A stretch of DNA of 60,000 bases, taken from Mobula hypostoma. Lineage: Eukaryota. The DNA lies in the NCBI RefSeq assembly GCF_963921235.1, contig NC_086097.1, positions 69,318,001 to 69,378,000 on the forward strand. Reading direction: 5' to 3'. Position numbers and translations under genes: made by a program. Below are positions 13,991-26,399 of the stretch, piece after piece (positions within the stretch are counted from its first letter, which is position 1; the number at the start of each line of letters is the position of its first letter). Under the pieces are notes generated by a model. It saw nothing but the letters and a program-made list of their open reading frames with translations, ran no database searches and was not told the DNA's origin.

Positions 13991-14839
13991 CTATTTTCCC
14001 TCAATTGGGCAATAGTTAATGGTGTACAGCATGGAGACAGTTGTGGCAGCATCCATTACCTTTCTTAATTCGTTTTCAGTTGACTCTATTACAGGGGATG
14101 TGGTATGCAAATTGTGAATCAGTCTCCAATCAATTTGTAATTGTCTCAGCTAATCATGTCCTAACAATGCTGGCCCTCTTGCTTTTACCACATACAAGCC
14201 AAATGAGGTATATTGGTTGCTGTATTTCACTGTTATGAGTGTTATTTCCACAAGTTATCTTTTCTCCAGTATAAATTCTTAGTTGGGTATCTACAGATTT
14301 CAGTTCAGCATCTTTAAAGTGCTGTTCAAACTTATTTTGTGGAATTACTGAAACAACTGAGCCAGTGTCCAATTTCATTTTAATTTGCCGTTCACTTCTG
14401 CTGTAAGCCATATTGCTCATCTATTATTTTCACATTGTAAATCTTAAAGCTAATCAGTTCTGAGTCACATTTATCAGTATCAGATTTTTTTTATCAACTT
14501 CATGCAGATTAGCACTCTTTTTGAAATTACAACTTTTCATCTTTTTCTCTTCCCTGTGCAGTCGATTTATTTTTGTCTGCCCAACATGCTCTTTGTATGT
14601 GTCCTACTGTTACATTTTCTGCCAGTCACCTTTAAACCTGTGTTGTTCTGGTGTATGCGAGCCCCTGCCACAGCAGTAACACAATTTGTTTGGCCAGGTT
14701 GGTTTCTGTTCGGACCCAAGTTGTTCATGCTCACTTTTATTTCTGACTACAACTCAATTGTGTCTCTGTGCATTGTTTCCATTGAAACAGCTATTTTGAC
14801 TGCTGTTTTAAATGTCAGTTGTGCTCCAGTTAGGAGCTA

Positions 14840-15279
14840 TTTTTTTTAATCAGAAACAGAATCAGCAGTACAATACATAATAGAGAAAAAGACTTAATTA
14901 CAGTAAATATATAGAAATGAAATAAGTAGTGCAAAAAAAAGTGAGATAGTGTTCATGGGTTCAATGTCTATTCAGATATCAATGGCAGAGGGGAAGAAGT
15001 CGTTCCTGAATTATCAAGTGCGTGTCTTTATGCTCCTGTGTCTCCTTCCTGATGGTAGCAATGAGAACAGTGCACATCCAGAGTGATAGGGGTCCCTTAT
15101 GGTGGATGCCAACCCCTGACCCCCACCCCCCAAACCGGACAGTGATGCAGCCAGTTAGAATGGTCTCCACAGTACATCTGTAGAAATTTGCAAGGCTCTT
15201 TTGGTGACGTACCAAAACTCATCAAACTCCTAATGAAATATAGCCACTGTTGTGCCTTCTTTGTAGCTGCATTGCTATG
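14840..15279 (-). mobile_element. Rex1/Babar-type LINE 3' fragment nested in the Gypsy gag
   Basis: KKAQQWLYFIRSL / LANFYRCTVETILTGCITV and an (aatcag)n tail; interrupts gag between ...LQESIQ and LLTGAQLTFK... Confidence 0.8.
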
Positions 15280-17159
15280 GTTGAATGCTTTCTTGTAAGA
15301 TTCCACAAATTAAATGATCTCTCAGTGGATCATTAAGCTCAGCACTGAACCAACAATGCTCAGACAACTTCTTCAATTCAGCCATGTACACTGAAATGAA
15401 CTCCTCTTCCTTGTGGTTCCACTTATGAAACCTAAAGCATTCTGCAATCAACAATAGTTTTGGTTCTAAATGTTCCTGCATTACTTTTAATATTAGGAAA
15501 GCTCATTTCAGCTTGATTAGTTGGAGCAGTAAAACTTCCAAGTAAACTGTATGCCTTTAAACGCAATGCACTCAACCAAGCTGGCACTCACTTCTCATTG
15601 GTTATTTCATTTGCTTCAAAATACTGCTCAATTAGACTACAAGACATAGGAGCAGAATTAGTATACATGAACCAGTTATCAATGAGCAATCAAATGCATC
15701 TCTTTCTGATGTAGCTGCCCATTTCTGCTTTATTTTTATTCATGATCATTATCACAGTATGAACCCACAAATTTGTCTGTTTTCTACCTTTTTAAAAAAA
15801 ATTCAACCATCTCCTTTTTCAAAGACAAATTGATGCGCTGATTTTTTTTTTAAAAACTTAAACATCTCGCTGTGCTTCAGCAGGTAGGTCATCATCTTGG
15901 GTTCATTAAAAAAAAATCACCACTGTTATGTTTTGTAACTCCAAAACATTAAATTAATTGGAAGGAAAACGGAGTCCAAAATGTGAGTCTAACTTCATTG
16001 AACATTTCCAGCATTTTCTGCTTCGATAATAGTTATCCCCCAGCTGGAGGATATCACAGACTAGCTGGTACACTGCTCTAGTTAAACATACAATTGGCCA
16101 TGTTTCATTTTTAAAAATACAATTTGGAACATAAATTTTACGTAATGAATATGATATCCTTAGAACATACTAATAGAAAAGGGCTGAAATTAATTCCAAA
16201 GCATTCATGCAGACTGTTCCATAAAAGAATTGTCATTAATATCTTGGATTATCCTTATCTCATCTATCACATACATTCCCTCTGTTCTTCTCATTCTTCC
16301 CCCCCCCACCCCCGCACCACAAGTTGTTTTCTCATTTCTGTTCCAATGGAGAATCTGAAATATTAACTCTGTTTCTCCTTCCACCGATGTCACTTGGACT
16401 GTTAAGTGTTACCAGTATTTTCTGGTTTTGTTTCTAAAAACAGCCAGCCAACTAAGGGAGCTGATTAAGAAATGTTTATAATCTCATGCTTACTAACAAT
16501 AGTTTGCCTTAATTTACCACAAGGAACAATGAATAAGTTATTTTTAAAATTACCGGCCACTATCTATTATCTGACTGCTGAAAATATTTCCTGTATAATT
16601 TTTATACTGCACTTCATTAAACTATGGAACAAAAGATAGACAAGTATTCTTAAAATAAACTGGTTATTTAATTTTGTTTGGGTATCGATCTGCTCTAAGG
16701 CAGCCTTGAAGAGGAACCAAACCTTATTTTGAAAGGATACAGTATATTTCCACTGGTTGCTTCCATTGAATGGATTGTCTTTTGAATAGAAAAACAAAAG
16801 AAATGAACCAACTTAATGAATACAGAAAGACAATCTATTGAGAGTTTTGGAAAACCTTGTGACCTTTTGCAAATGTCAAAGAGTCAGACACTTCAAGATC
16901 AACAGCAGAAGGTTTTTAAAAGAACAGATCATGTGCTAAAATAACCAGAAAACAAAAAGATGTGAAAAGATATATAGAACTGACAAAGTTTCAAAATAAA
17001 AGTAAGTATCTTTATCTAGCAGATTTAATTCAAACTAGGATGGTCCGTGAAGATTGTATCGTGAAGTATCATACTCAATGTGCAAAAACTCATCTAACAA
17101 AAACACATGACTCCGATTCTGTTGTTTTCTTTAACATATTAGTGTATAGAGAAAGAAAA

Positions 17160-17765
17160 AGATATTCCCACTTAGGAAAACTTTGTCAAACCTCTATAGA
17201 TGCACAGTGGAGAGTATTCTAACAGGCTACATCTTGGCCTGGATTGGAAACACCAATGACCAGGAACAAAAAGAACACAGAAAGTGGTAGATATGGCCCA
17301 ATCTATTATAAGCAAAACTCTCCCCACCATTGAGCAAACTTCCAGAGCCTGCCACAAGAATGCAGCGTCTATCATCAAAGACCCCATCATCCAGGCCGTG
17401 CTCTCTTCTCACTACTACAATCAAACAGGAGGTACAGGAGCCTTAGCTCCTATACCACCAGTTTCAGGAACAGTTCTTACCCTAGAACCATCATATTCCT
17501 GAACCAGTCTGCACATCTTTACTCACCACAACCCTAAACTGATTTCACAAGCTAGACTCACTTTCAAGGACCTTACAACTATTTTTTTTAATTTGCACAA
17601 TTTGTCTTCTTATACATATTGGTTGTTTGTCAGTCTTTCTTTATGTATAGATTTTGATAAAATTCTATTGAATCTTTATTTTCCTGTAAGTGTCATAAGC
17701 AAATGAATCTCAAGGTAGTATGCTGTAACATACATGTAATTTTATCATGCATTTTATTTTGACAA
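17160..17765 (+). mobile_element. Rex1/Babar LINE 3' fragment
   Basis: VVDMAQSIISKTLPTIE...AASIIKDP. Confidence 0.75.
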
Positions 17766-19457
17766 AATGTTAAGTTTTGCTAAAATATGGTGCCTAGAAC
17801 TCAAAAGTTATTTAAATTGGCTTAACGTCCAGTTTATTGTGAACTCTGCAGCAATTCACAAAACCACAGATAACATGCTTTATTAACATATTCTGTCTTT
17901 TCAAGGATTCTCTGTGAACACCCCAAGGTCTTTTTCTTCTTAACCCAACTTTAAAGTGAAAGTTTAGCCTTCATCGCTTTCCTTGTTCTTCAAACAATTC
18001 ATCACACAGAAACATATGAATTAATAGGAAATAGGCCCTTGCAGCACCCATAACCTCTGCATTTAATAAGATAGTGACTCACCGATTGTAACCACATTTA
18101 AGCATTCCTATCTACTTGAGTAATCTTTCATCCTTATATTTATCAGGAATATTTACCACTGCCTTAACAATATACAGTTCCTACTGACATTTAAAGAAGA
18201 GTTCTGTGAATCACAACCTTCAAAGAAGAAAACAAAATGCCTCATCTGTCTTGAGTGGGCAACCACTTATTTTTAAACACTGAAATTTAGGTCTAGATTT
18301 TCCCTCATCCATCATGTCTAGAATCCTCTGGATCTTACCTGTTTTAATCAAATGACCTCTTACTGTTCTAAACTACAAGAAATTGAAGCCAAGGCTGTCC
18401 ATCTTTCCTCATTAAGCAACTCATCTGTTCCAGGTATTCATTCAATAAATACAATTTAGAAAATTAGTAGACTTCCTTAAGGAGGAAAATACTGTATACA
18501 GTCCCCCTCACCAATACCTGTGCCTATAAAACTAAATACACACTTCCTTGTGATAAATTTCATTGACAATGGATTGCATCCTTCCATGTCCTGAGAATTA
18601 ATCCATCTCCATCTTCTAGGACTTAAAAACATTGCAGGTCATCTTAATTTTTAAAAGATCTTGTTTTATACAGATCTATTCAACTATTTACTGACTTCTA
18701 CCCATTGTCTTAATAGAGACATGATCAATTTCACAAAAATTATCTAAGTTCTTAAACAATGCGACAGGAAAGAGTGACAATTCATTTCTGGGAGTTAGTG
18801 TACATTCAGAAAGGCTTTTTCTGAAGTCCAACTTTTAAAAATATATTAATGTGACTTGAAATACAAGATGTTAAACATGTCAACTCCTTGACACAAGCAA
18901 AGTTGGAGTTGAGAATTTAATTTTTGAACACATACACACTATTTATGTGAGTTATGTGTTTTGGCCTTGTGCTGATATCAACTATCAGCAGAAAAAGACC
19001 TGTAATCTCTAGGCATGAAAATTGGAATAATAGATTGTTGGGGACAGTGCAATGTAAAGAAAGAAAAACAAAAATGATATCAATTGTAAAGAGACAAAGT
19101 CACAAAGGTATAAATATAAAGGAGGAAATTTAAAATAATACCCATTATTCAATGATTTATATTCCAAGTCAGAAAATGCACACTTAATTCTGAAATGCGA
19201 ATTTAAAACTTCTTTATCAAGTCTTCAAAAATAATTATTAGGACATAACTATTAGATAATGTTTATGCAGTCAACAATAAGACCATATTAAGTTGTATAG
19301 AACAACAAAAGGACACGATTTAGTTAAGCAAGTGAACTGAACTTAAGTCGTCTAGCTCCTTTGTTAACTATGGGTAGGAGGGAAAACAAATTTTTGCAAT
19401 ACTTAATTAATTCCTTGTAGAGTTTCTTTGAAAAATAGCACTTTCAATAATGTTATA

Positions 19458-19463
19458 TTTATT
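19458..19463 (-). promoter_or_regulatory. Candidate NUBPL polyadenylation signal (AATAAA)
   Basis: tttatt on the + strand, about 280 nt past the stop codon; supported by position only. Confidence 0.4.
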
Positions 19464-19740
19464 AAGATAACACAATATACACATTTGACTGTAGTCAGTA
19501 GAAGGTGTAATTTCACACTAGAACCAACAATTAAATCTTGATTTTGATAAGAAACCTAATAGCTCCAAGTACATTCATTATAACGTCACAAGATTTTCTG
19601 TTGGCATGATGTGTTCCAGTTTTCATTAACCTGCTAAAATCTGGTCCAGCAGCTGTCTTCACAGCAGGAATTTAACTTGCCTAATTGAGACAAAAAGCAA
19701 TTTCAAACACATTGTGTTGCAGGCTGCAACATCTCACTGT

Positions 19741-19803
19741 TCATCTAAAAGATGTTGGCAGTCTTTTCACCACCTCAGCACTAAGCTTCAGATAGGCACT
19801 AGC
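19741..19803 (-). CDS. NUBPL: NUBPL terminal coding exon 11 (to TGA stop)
   Basis: ttacag|ASAYLKLSAEVVKRLPTSFR*; compare recalled human [20 protein letters not shown]. Confidence 0.94.
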   Translation of the reverse strand, partial: ASAYLKLSAEVVKRLPTSFR

Positions 19804-20390
19804 CTGTAACAGAAAAAGCAGACAAAATTATTTGATTTATTTAGGTATTGAGTATTGATGGTTATTTCTTAAGAGCAGAATTGAAAGTTACATACAGCTA
19901 CACATTCTTCAAAATTTGCCTATGGTTAAGTGAATAATCTAACATCAGCAGTTTGGGCAGAGTAGCTGCTAACACTACCACGGTGTGAGGCAAACTGCAG
20001 GTATGCATTTCTGCTACAAAGAAAATACTCTGAAAAGTAACTCCTTGTGGCAATCATTTGTCATGCTCATCAATTAAAAAGAAAGCAATTCTGGACACAT
20101 CTCAAAATGCAATTCCCCTTAGAAAATTCAGCACCATTGATTCACCAATTGACAAGCTGTATTAGTTATTAATAGGAGGGCAAAGAATAATGAAAATGTT
20201 ATAGTCAAATCACTGGCCATCAGTCACTATGAACTCACTTTAAACAAAGATTCAATGGTCTTAGAATTGGGTCCTTGAGACATCTCCAACAACAACAAAA
20301 AATTAACCCTATATACTTTCACCTTAAAGCACTGATAATTCTAATTTCATGCAGCATGTTTTTTTGATTTTCATTCAAATTATTGTTAAA

Positions 20391-21140
20391 AACACAAGCA
20401 ACATACATCAAAGTTGCTGGTGAACGCAGCAGGCCAAGCAGCATCTATAGGAAGAGGTGCAGTCGACGTTTCAGGCCGAGACCCTTCGTCAGGACTAACT
20501 GAAGGAAGAGTGAGTAAGGGATTTGAAAGTTGGAGGGGGAGGGGGAGATCCAAAATGATAGGAGAAGACAGGAGGGGGAGGGAAGACAGGAGGGGGAGGG
20601 ATAGAGCCGAGAGCTGGACAGGTGATAGGCAAAAGGGGATACGAGAGGATCATGGGACAGGAGGTCCGGGAAGAAAGACAAGGTGGGGGGGAACCCAGAG
20701 GATGGGCAAGAGGTATATTCAGAGGGACAGAGGGAGAAAAAGGAGAGTGAGAGAAAGAATGTGTGCATAAAAATAAGTAACAGATGGGGTACGAGGGGGA
20801 GGTGGGGCATTAGCGGAAGTTAGAGAAATCGATGTTCATGCCATCAGGTTGGAGGCTACCCAGACGGAATATAAGGTGTTGTTCCTCCAACCTGAGTGTG
20901 GCTTCATCTTTACAGTAGAGGAGGCCGTGGATAGACATGTCAGAATGGGAATGGGATGTGGAATTAAAATGTTTGGCCACTGGGAGATCCTGCTTTCTCT
21001 GGCGGACAGAGCGTAGATGTTCAGCAAAGCGGTCTCCCAGTCTGCGTCGGGTCTCACCAATATATAAAAGGCCACATCGGGAGCACCGGACGCAGTATAT
21101 CACCCCAGTCGACTCACAGGTGAAGTGATGCCTCACCTGG
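20391..21140 (-). mobile_element. Penelope-like element 3' end: uninterrupted GIY-YIG endonuclease domain plus pLTR, in NUBPL intron 10
   Basis: ORF 20810-21140: FTCESTGVIYCVRCSRCGLLYIGETRRRLGDRFAEH...VAKHFN...EQHLIFRLGSLQPDGMN. Confidence 0.93.
20461..20496 (-). ncRNA. Minimal type I hammerhead ribozyme in a Penelope pLTR
   Basis: AGUC-CUGACGA-AGG gucucgg CCU-GAAAC-GUC^GACU: stem I AGUC/GACU, intact core, palindromic ACGU stem III. Confidence 0.85.
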
Positions 21141-21169
21141 GGACCCGAGTCACCCCAACCATAATCTAT

Positions 21170-21412
21170 TCCAGCAGCTACCATCCGGGAAATGGTACAG
21201 CAGCATAAAAGCCAGGACCAACAGACTCCGGGACAGCTTCTTCCACCAGGCCATCAGACTGATTAACTCAGGCTGATTTGAGTGTATTTCTATGTTACAT
21301 TGACTGTTCTATTTATTATAAATTATTATAAATTACTATGATTGCACATTTTGCACATGTAAAGATTTTTACTCATGTTATGTGAAGGATGTAAGAAATA
21401 AAATCAATTCAA
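21170..21412 (+). mobile_element. Rex1/Babar LINE 3' tail
   Basis: Reverse complement of the 1565-1830 tail. Confidence 0.7.
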
Positions 21413-21414
21413 TG

Positions 21415-21630
21415 AACACAAACAAAATGCTGGAAGAACTCAGCAGGCCAGGCAACAACTATGCAAAAGAGTACAGCCGATGTTTTGGGTTGAGACTCTT
21501 CAGCAAGACTGGAGAAAAAAAGATGAGGAGTAAATTCAAAAGATGGGGTAAGGGGAGGAAGAAACACAAGATAATAGGTGAAACTGGGAGGGGGAGGTGT
21601 GAAGTAAAGAGTTGGGAAGTAGATTGGTGA
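21415..21630 (-). mobile_element. Penelope pLTR fragment, older subfamily
   Basis: aaaatgctggaagaactcagcaggccaggca...; degenerate hammerhead at ~21475-21510. Confidence 0.7.
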
Positions 21631-22284
21631 ATTCTGACTGAACTGTGAAAGACAATCACCAGTCAATGCTCACATACCCCTAGGATAGCATACAGTACAA
21701 TGCAAAAGTCTTAGACACATTTGTATAGCTAGGACATGTTAATAGTAGCTCCATGTATTGCTGCCACAAAAAAAAATGGCATATGTGAGTGATGATAATC
21801 TGGATTCTGATATGGGTTTCTTTTGTGGACTGAGAGTGGGAAAGGGGCAGGGAGAAGGGAATCATGGTTGAAAAAGGGGAAGGCAGAAGGGAAGAACCAG
21901 AGAGACATTCTGTAATGATCAATAAACTAATTGTTTGGACTCAAATGACCTTGCCTGGTGTCTTAGGGCTGGGTCTATCTGCATCTGTGCCACCATCCCC
22001 CCACCCACCTCTGGCACTCTTAATCTGCCATCTGTGCCACAACCCTCCAGTGGCGCTCCACCCTCACCATTCCCAACAGTGTTTGCTCCCGCCAGATTTA
22101 CAAACTCACTCTCCGCTTCACATTGACAAATACAGTACTATGTATATATACACACACATCTACACATACCCAAGACTTTTGCACATTACTGTAGTTCAAA
22201 AGCAATATGCTGCTGCACAACATGACCACTTTCCAGAGCCATAAGGATTTACCCAACTTTGGCAAGTGGGTGAACCTACACCTC

Positions 22285-22400
22285 GGACCGCAGCGGTTCA
22301 AGAAGGCAGCTCATCACCACCTTCTCAAGGGCAACTAGGGATGGGCAATAAATGCTGGCTTAGTTGGTGACGCCCACATTCCATAAGTGAATTTAAAAAA
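22285..22400 (+). repeat. 3' tail of a CR1/L2-related LINE or SINE
   Basis: cagcggttcaagaaggcagctcatcaccaccttctcaagggcaactagggatgggcaataaatgctgg... ending in an A-run. Confidence 0.55.
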
Positions 22401-23189
22401 ACTAATGATTTGTGAAATGAACAGATCATCAAACTAAACCTACAATCTTTCAAATGTCTTAATCTAAGAAAATTAACCTTGTTTACGCTCAAATCAGTGC
22501 AAATTAATTAGCCTGATGGCCTGGTGGAAGAAGCTGTCCCAGAGCCCATTGGTCCTGGCTTTTATGCTGCGATACTGTTTCCCGGATGGTAGCAGCTGGA
22601 ATAGATTGTGGTTGGGGTGACTCGGATCCCCAATGATCCTTCGGGCCCTTTTTTCACAGCTGTCTTTGTAAGTGTCCTGAATTGTTAATCAATCTATTAT
22701 TTGTCATTATCAAAGCAGCATATGCCTTTAGTCAGAAGTCGCAAACGTCTGTATACTGTATCAATGGTATTCCTTAAGCTTTGAGTATTACTCACTGTTT
22801 TGTTATGTAAGTCTAGAGATGAATGTATCCTGATGATAACAATCAATATTTGACATTTCAGTGATGCTTAACTCAACAAGGACGTCATGAAGAAAGCACA
22901 AGGACATCCATTTTCTATTACAAGCATGGTATTACTGTATAGTCAAACCTGACAGACCCAGCACCTTGTGCGCTCCAGAGCTAGATAGAGATCACCTTAT
23001 GTAGTCTCACTGATAGAGATGAACTTGGCACAAAAATTATGTCTATAGGACCTTTTAACATTCCATGTTTCTTGATTTGATCACAGTCCAGAAGGCCATT
23101 TGGCTCCATACAAGAGCAATCCAACCTATTTCTTTCAGCTACATGTTCCATAGACATCCACCACACTGCTCCCCCCCCCCCCACCACAG

Positions 23190-23239
23190 TCAATCATGTT
23201 CATTCCCCAACCTCTGGTTCTCAATCATGTTCATTTCCC
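23190..23239. repeat. Short tandem duplication (~31-bp unit)
   Basis: caatcatgttcattccccaacctctggttct x2, plus a partial third copy. Confidence 0.8.
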
Positions 23240-23871
23240 CAACCTCTGGTTCTCAATCATTCCACTAACAGAAACATGTTATCTCCATCTAGTTTTCACT
23301 TTTCAGAACCCCTTAAAACTGCTTCAGTTCAATCTCAGAATTTCCAGTCTCTATTCATAAATGAAACCCATCATCTCCAGAATCATTTTAGTAAATCCTT
23401 TCTGTCTTTACCATCTTCCATAAACTGTGGAACCCAGAACTGGACGCAATACTCCAGTTTTACTTGAACTCGTTTTATATAGGTTCATCAAGACTTCCTC
23501 GCTCTTGAGATCTGAGCCTCTATTTACCATATGGTTTTTAACCACTTTTTCAAAATTCTCTGTCCCTTTCAAATCAACTGTGCAAACTGACCCCAGATTT
23601 TTGTTCTGGAAATGTTTTTAGAATAGTCTTCTAGTTTACATTTTGTTTTCTCATTCTTCCTGTCAGTGTATCACTGCATTTCTCAGCATTAAATTTCATC
23701 TGCCTGATCTATATAGAAATGCACAGAATAATTAGCTAGATTTCTCTGAAGTTTAAATGAGATATGCAATACTAAAAACACTACAGTACTATATTAAGTA
23801 TTGAGATTTTGTTGGCACTGATTAAGTGGAGGAAATAAATATTAAAAAGCTCTAACTAAAATGCACCATAC

Positions 23872-23954
23872 CTCTGGACTGTCTGGATGAGATACAACAA
23901 TAGGTTGGCCTTTATCTGACATTTCTCTTATATTTATATGTAGTGGAATATCAC
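23872..23954 (-). CDS. NUBPL: NUBPL coding exon 10 (83 nt)
   Basis: tttcag|(G)[27 protein letters not shown]|gtatgg. Confidence 0.96.
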
Positions 23955-24122
23955 CTGAAAAAAAGATAAATCAGTTTTATTTTCTAGACATGATGAAACA
24001 TAATTCTTAAGACAAAATAATGTTATCTTGTATGGTAAGAAATCAGATGCAAGATCATAACTGCTTTTAGATTCACATTGCGCCTCAATCAACTTAGTAT
24101 GAAAGATACGTTAATTTTGTAC

Positions 24123-24243
24123 CTAGGACATCTAACTGAAGCTTTGCTGCCAGCTCTTTTGCTCCTTCAGCCCCAAATATGTGAGTCTCATGTTTGCACT
24201 TGGGACATTGGAAAACACTCATGTTTTGAACAATACCGAGAAC
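24123..24243 (-). CDS. NUBPL: NUBPL coding exon 9 (121 nt), Fe-S-binding CxxC motif (CPKC)
   Basis: taacag|[41 protein letters not shown]|gtacaa. Confidence 0.97.
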
Positions 24244-24537
24244 CTGTTAAAAGAAAGAGGTGCTAAGTTTTAGAGATGTTGAAGTTCTAATTTATGTATA
24301 TTCATTTATCAAAAGGGTATGGTATTGGATAGACACAAAGCTAAACTTGATCAACTGATCATCGGCAGCCACAATTCACTTCAGTGATTACTGTTCTGAT
24401 TGTGGAGAATTTGTTTATACATCAGCAGGTTCACTATTGATACATAATTAATGATTCAAGACTGCAGTAATTTTCCATTTATATTTAGCACATGCTTGTT
24501 GCTTTATGTGGATTTGTGACCATAATGTATTGTATAA

Positions 24538-24640
24538 GCAACACACATCAAAGTTGCTGGTGAACGCAGCAGGCCAGGCAGCATCTGTAGGAAGAGGTGC
24601 AGTCGACGTTTCAGGCCGAGACCCTTCGTCAGGACTACAT
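24538..24640 (-). mobile_element. ~100-bp Penelope pLTR insertion with an intact hammerhead (24601-24636) and a 12-bp TSD
   Basis: TSD tgtattgtataa at 24526-24537 and 24641-24652; hammerhead identical to 20461-20496. Confidence 0.9.
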
Positions 24641-24899
24641 TGTATTGTATAACTTTAGTTCCAAGCCCATTTACTACCTTTCTCTAAAAAAATATTTCCT
24701 CCCACTTTGCAGAAGGGAACATTAAAAACATTTAAAAAACAGAATTAATTGGACACAGTTTGGACTGCAATTGTCCAAAAAATAATCTTGGCTCTAAAAG
24801 TGGATTTACTTAATTCTGGAACAAAAATTCTCTTTGATAAATGAAGACAATTGTTTAGGATTCAAACTCATTATGGATTCATGGGATAAAGGCCCTCTG

Positions 24900-26390
24900 T
24901 GTCTGTGGTTAGGATTCCATGTTGAAATAAATTTGTGTCACTTCAATACCAACCCTGGTTCTTAGTACTGTCTTAATATTCTGTTTCCCAAATCCACCCA
25001 CTCTTCTGACCTCAATTGCTATGAATTCACAAATGTTTTGGTCTCCAAGTTGAGACTCCATATGCAACAGCTGCCACTACTTCCTTAGGTTCTCCCAGAG
25101 ACCTTCCCACTCATACATTAATCATCCAATTATGAAGCATCTGCTCACAAAGTCAAATGTCCTCTAAATTCACTGCTTAATATTTTAATTTTTTAGTCAT
25201 ACAGTACCTCTTTTCACCTTTATTCTAACAGATTTAATTAATACTTTCTTCCTTAAGGATTGGAATTCTCTTTTCACCCCAACCTACATCATCACAAAAC
25301 TCAACATCAATCCATCCAGATTCACCAACTGTTGCCCAATCTTTGCAAAACTTGCGAAGTATTGCTGTTTCACAGTTCTTTCATCCACTTGGTTAAAATT
25401 CCTTACTCATGGCAATCCTGCTTCTGTCCTAGTCAAAACACTGGTCAAAATTGCAAACTTCATTCCTGGGGATGTCTCTCATAACCAAGGTACGTTGCCG
25501 ATTTTTGATCTTTTTTAAACCCACTGAGACTTTGAAGAAGAGACAAAATGCCATCCTTCTCCATCAAGTACTTATTTAACGTCTGAGAATAACCTTGAAT
25601 TATAACTCTACCACCCCCCCCCCCACAATCCAACTGTGGTGAAAACATCACCAGCAATCTTATTTTCATATTTCACTGGCAACTCCAATTCCCTTCAAGT
25701 TTGTCCAATAAAGATTTATCAATTATATGCTATTTCCTGATCATCTAGAGATACAAGGAGTCAACAGAAACTCTTTATTCGTAGATAACCAGTATTCCAA
25801 TTTGGTCTGTTCATAATTATTCCTAATAACATTCTCTTACCGACCATTCTTTTACACGAAGGTAATTTTCCCACAATTTACTCTGAACATCAGGAGAACT
25901 AAACTCAACTAGGTTTCAACTCTAACCTAGAGGAAGTCAGCTGTATCTGTGACCCGTACATCCTTGTCAACCAGTTACCTTGGGACCCAGAATGCAAAAT
26001 CTCTGCATTCTCTTGAACTGAATAGTTTTGGATCCAATATCCTGCTGAAGGCATACTACTAATTCTACAATATTACATCACTAGACTTGAGACAACAATG
26101 CTCTAAGCCCTTCTTGTCAACATAACAAACTTCAAAACATCTATCCTTCAAAATATTCAGTAATCTGAACCTTGCTCTACGTTGTACAAGGAGCACTTAA
26201 TTTTGTGAGCTCTAAATGCCTACGCGCCATCCCTACTTTTGTTGAAGACTTATTGGCTCCCAATCCTTTGGTTGTGAAAGTCTCAAAGTAAATCAAAGTT
26301 TGGATTTATTTCTTAGTATTTTCTCAACTTCAAAACAAATTTTGACCATATTTAAAATAAGGCTTTTTAACTTCAATGTCACAATGTAGC
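24900..26390 (+). mobile_element. Possible ancient L1/Tx1-type LINE remnant
   Basis: Weak RT-like FIHLVKIPYS...GCLS at 25260-25484; highly decayed. Confidence 0.3.
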
Positions 26391-26399
26391 ATTCTTAGT

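Larger units (their letters stand above)
13147..15997 (-). mobile_element. Decayed Gypsy/Ty3 LTR retrotransposon (gag, zinc knuckle, protease, pol tail) carrying a captured host fragment
   Basis: Two related LTR remnants starting at 13147 (tgtgacattttataaccctaaaacataaaactaattggaag...gagtctaactt) and 15925 (tgttatgttttgtaactccaaaacattaaattaattggaag...gagtctaactt); PBS-like TGGTGA at 15918-15923 (-); gag-like HLEPKLLLIAECFRFHK...LRDHLICGI (15275-15481); aspartic protease MKLDTGSVVSVI (14154-14420); Pro/Glu/Thr-rich pol tail at ~13297-13410. Confidence 0.85.
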
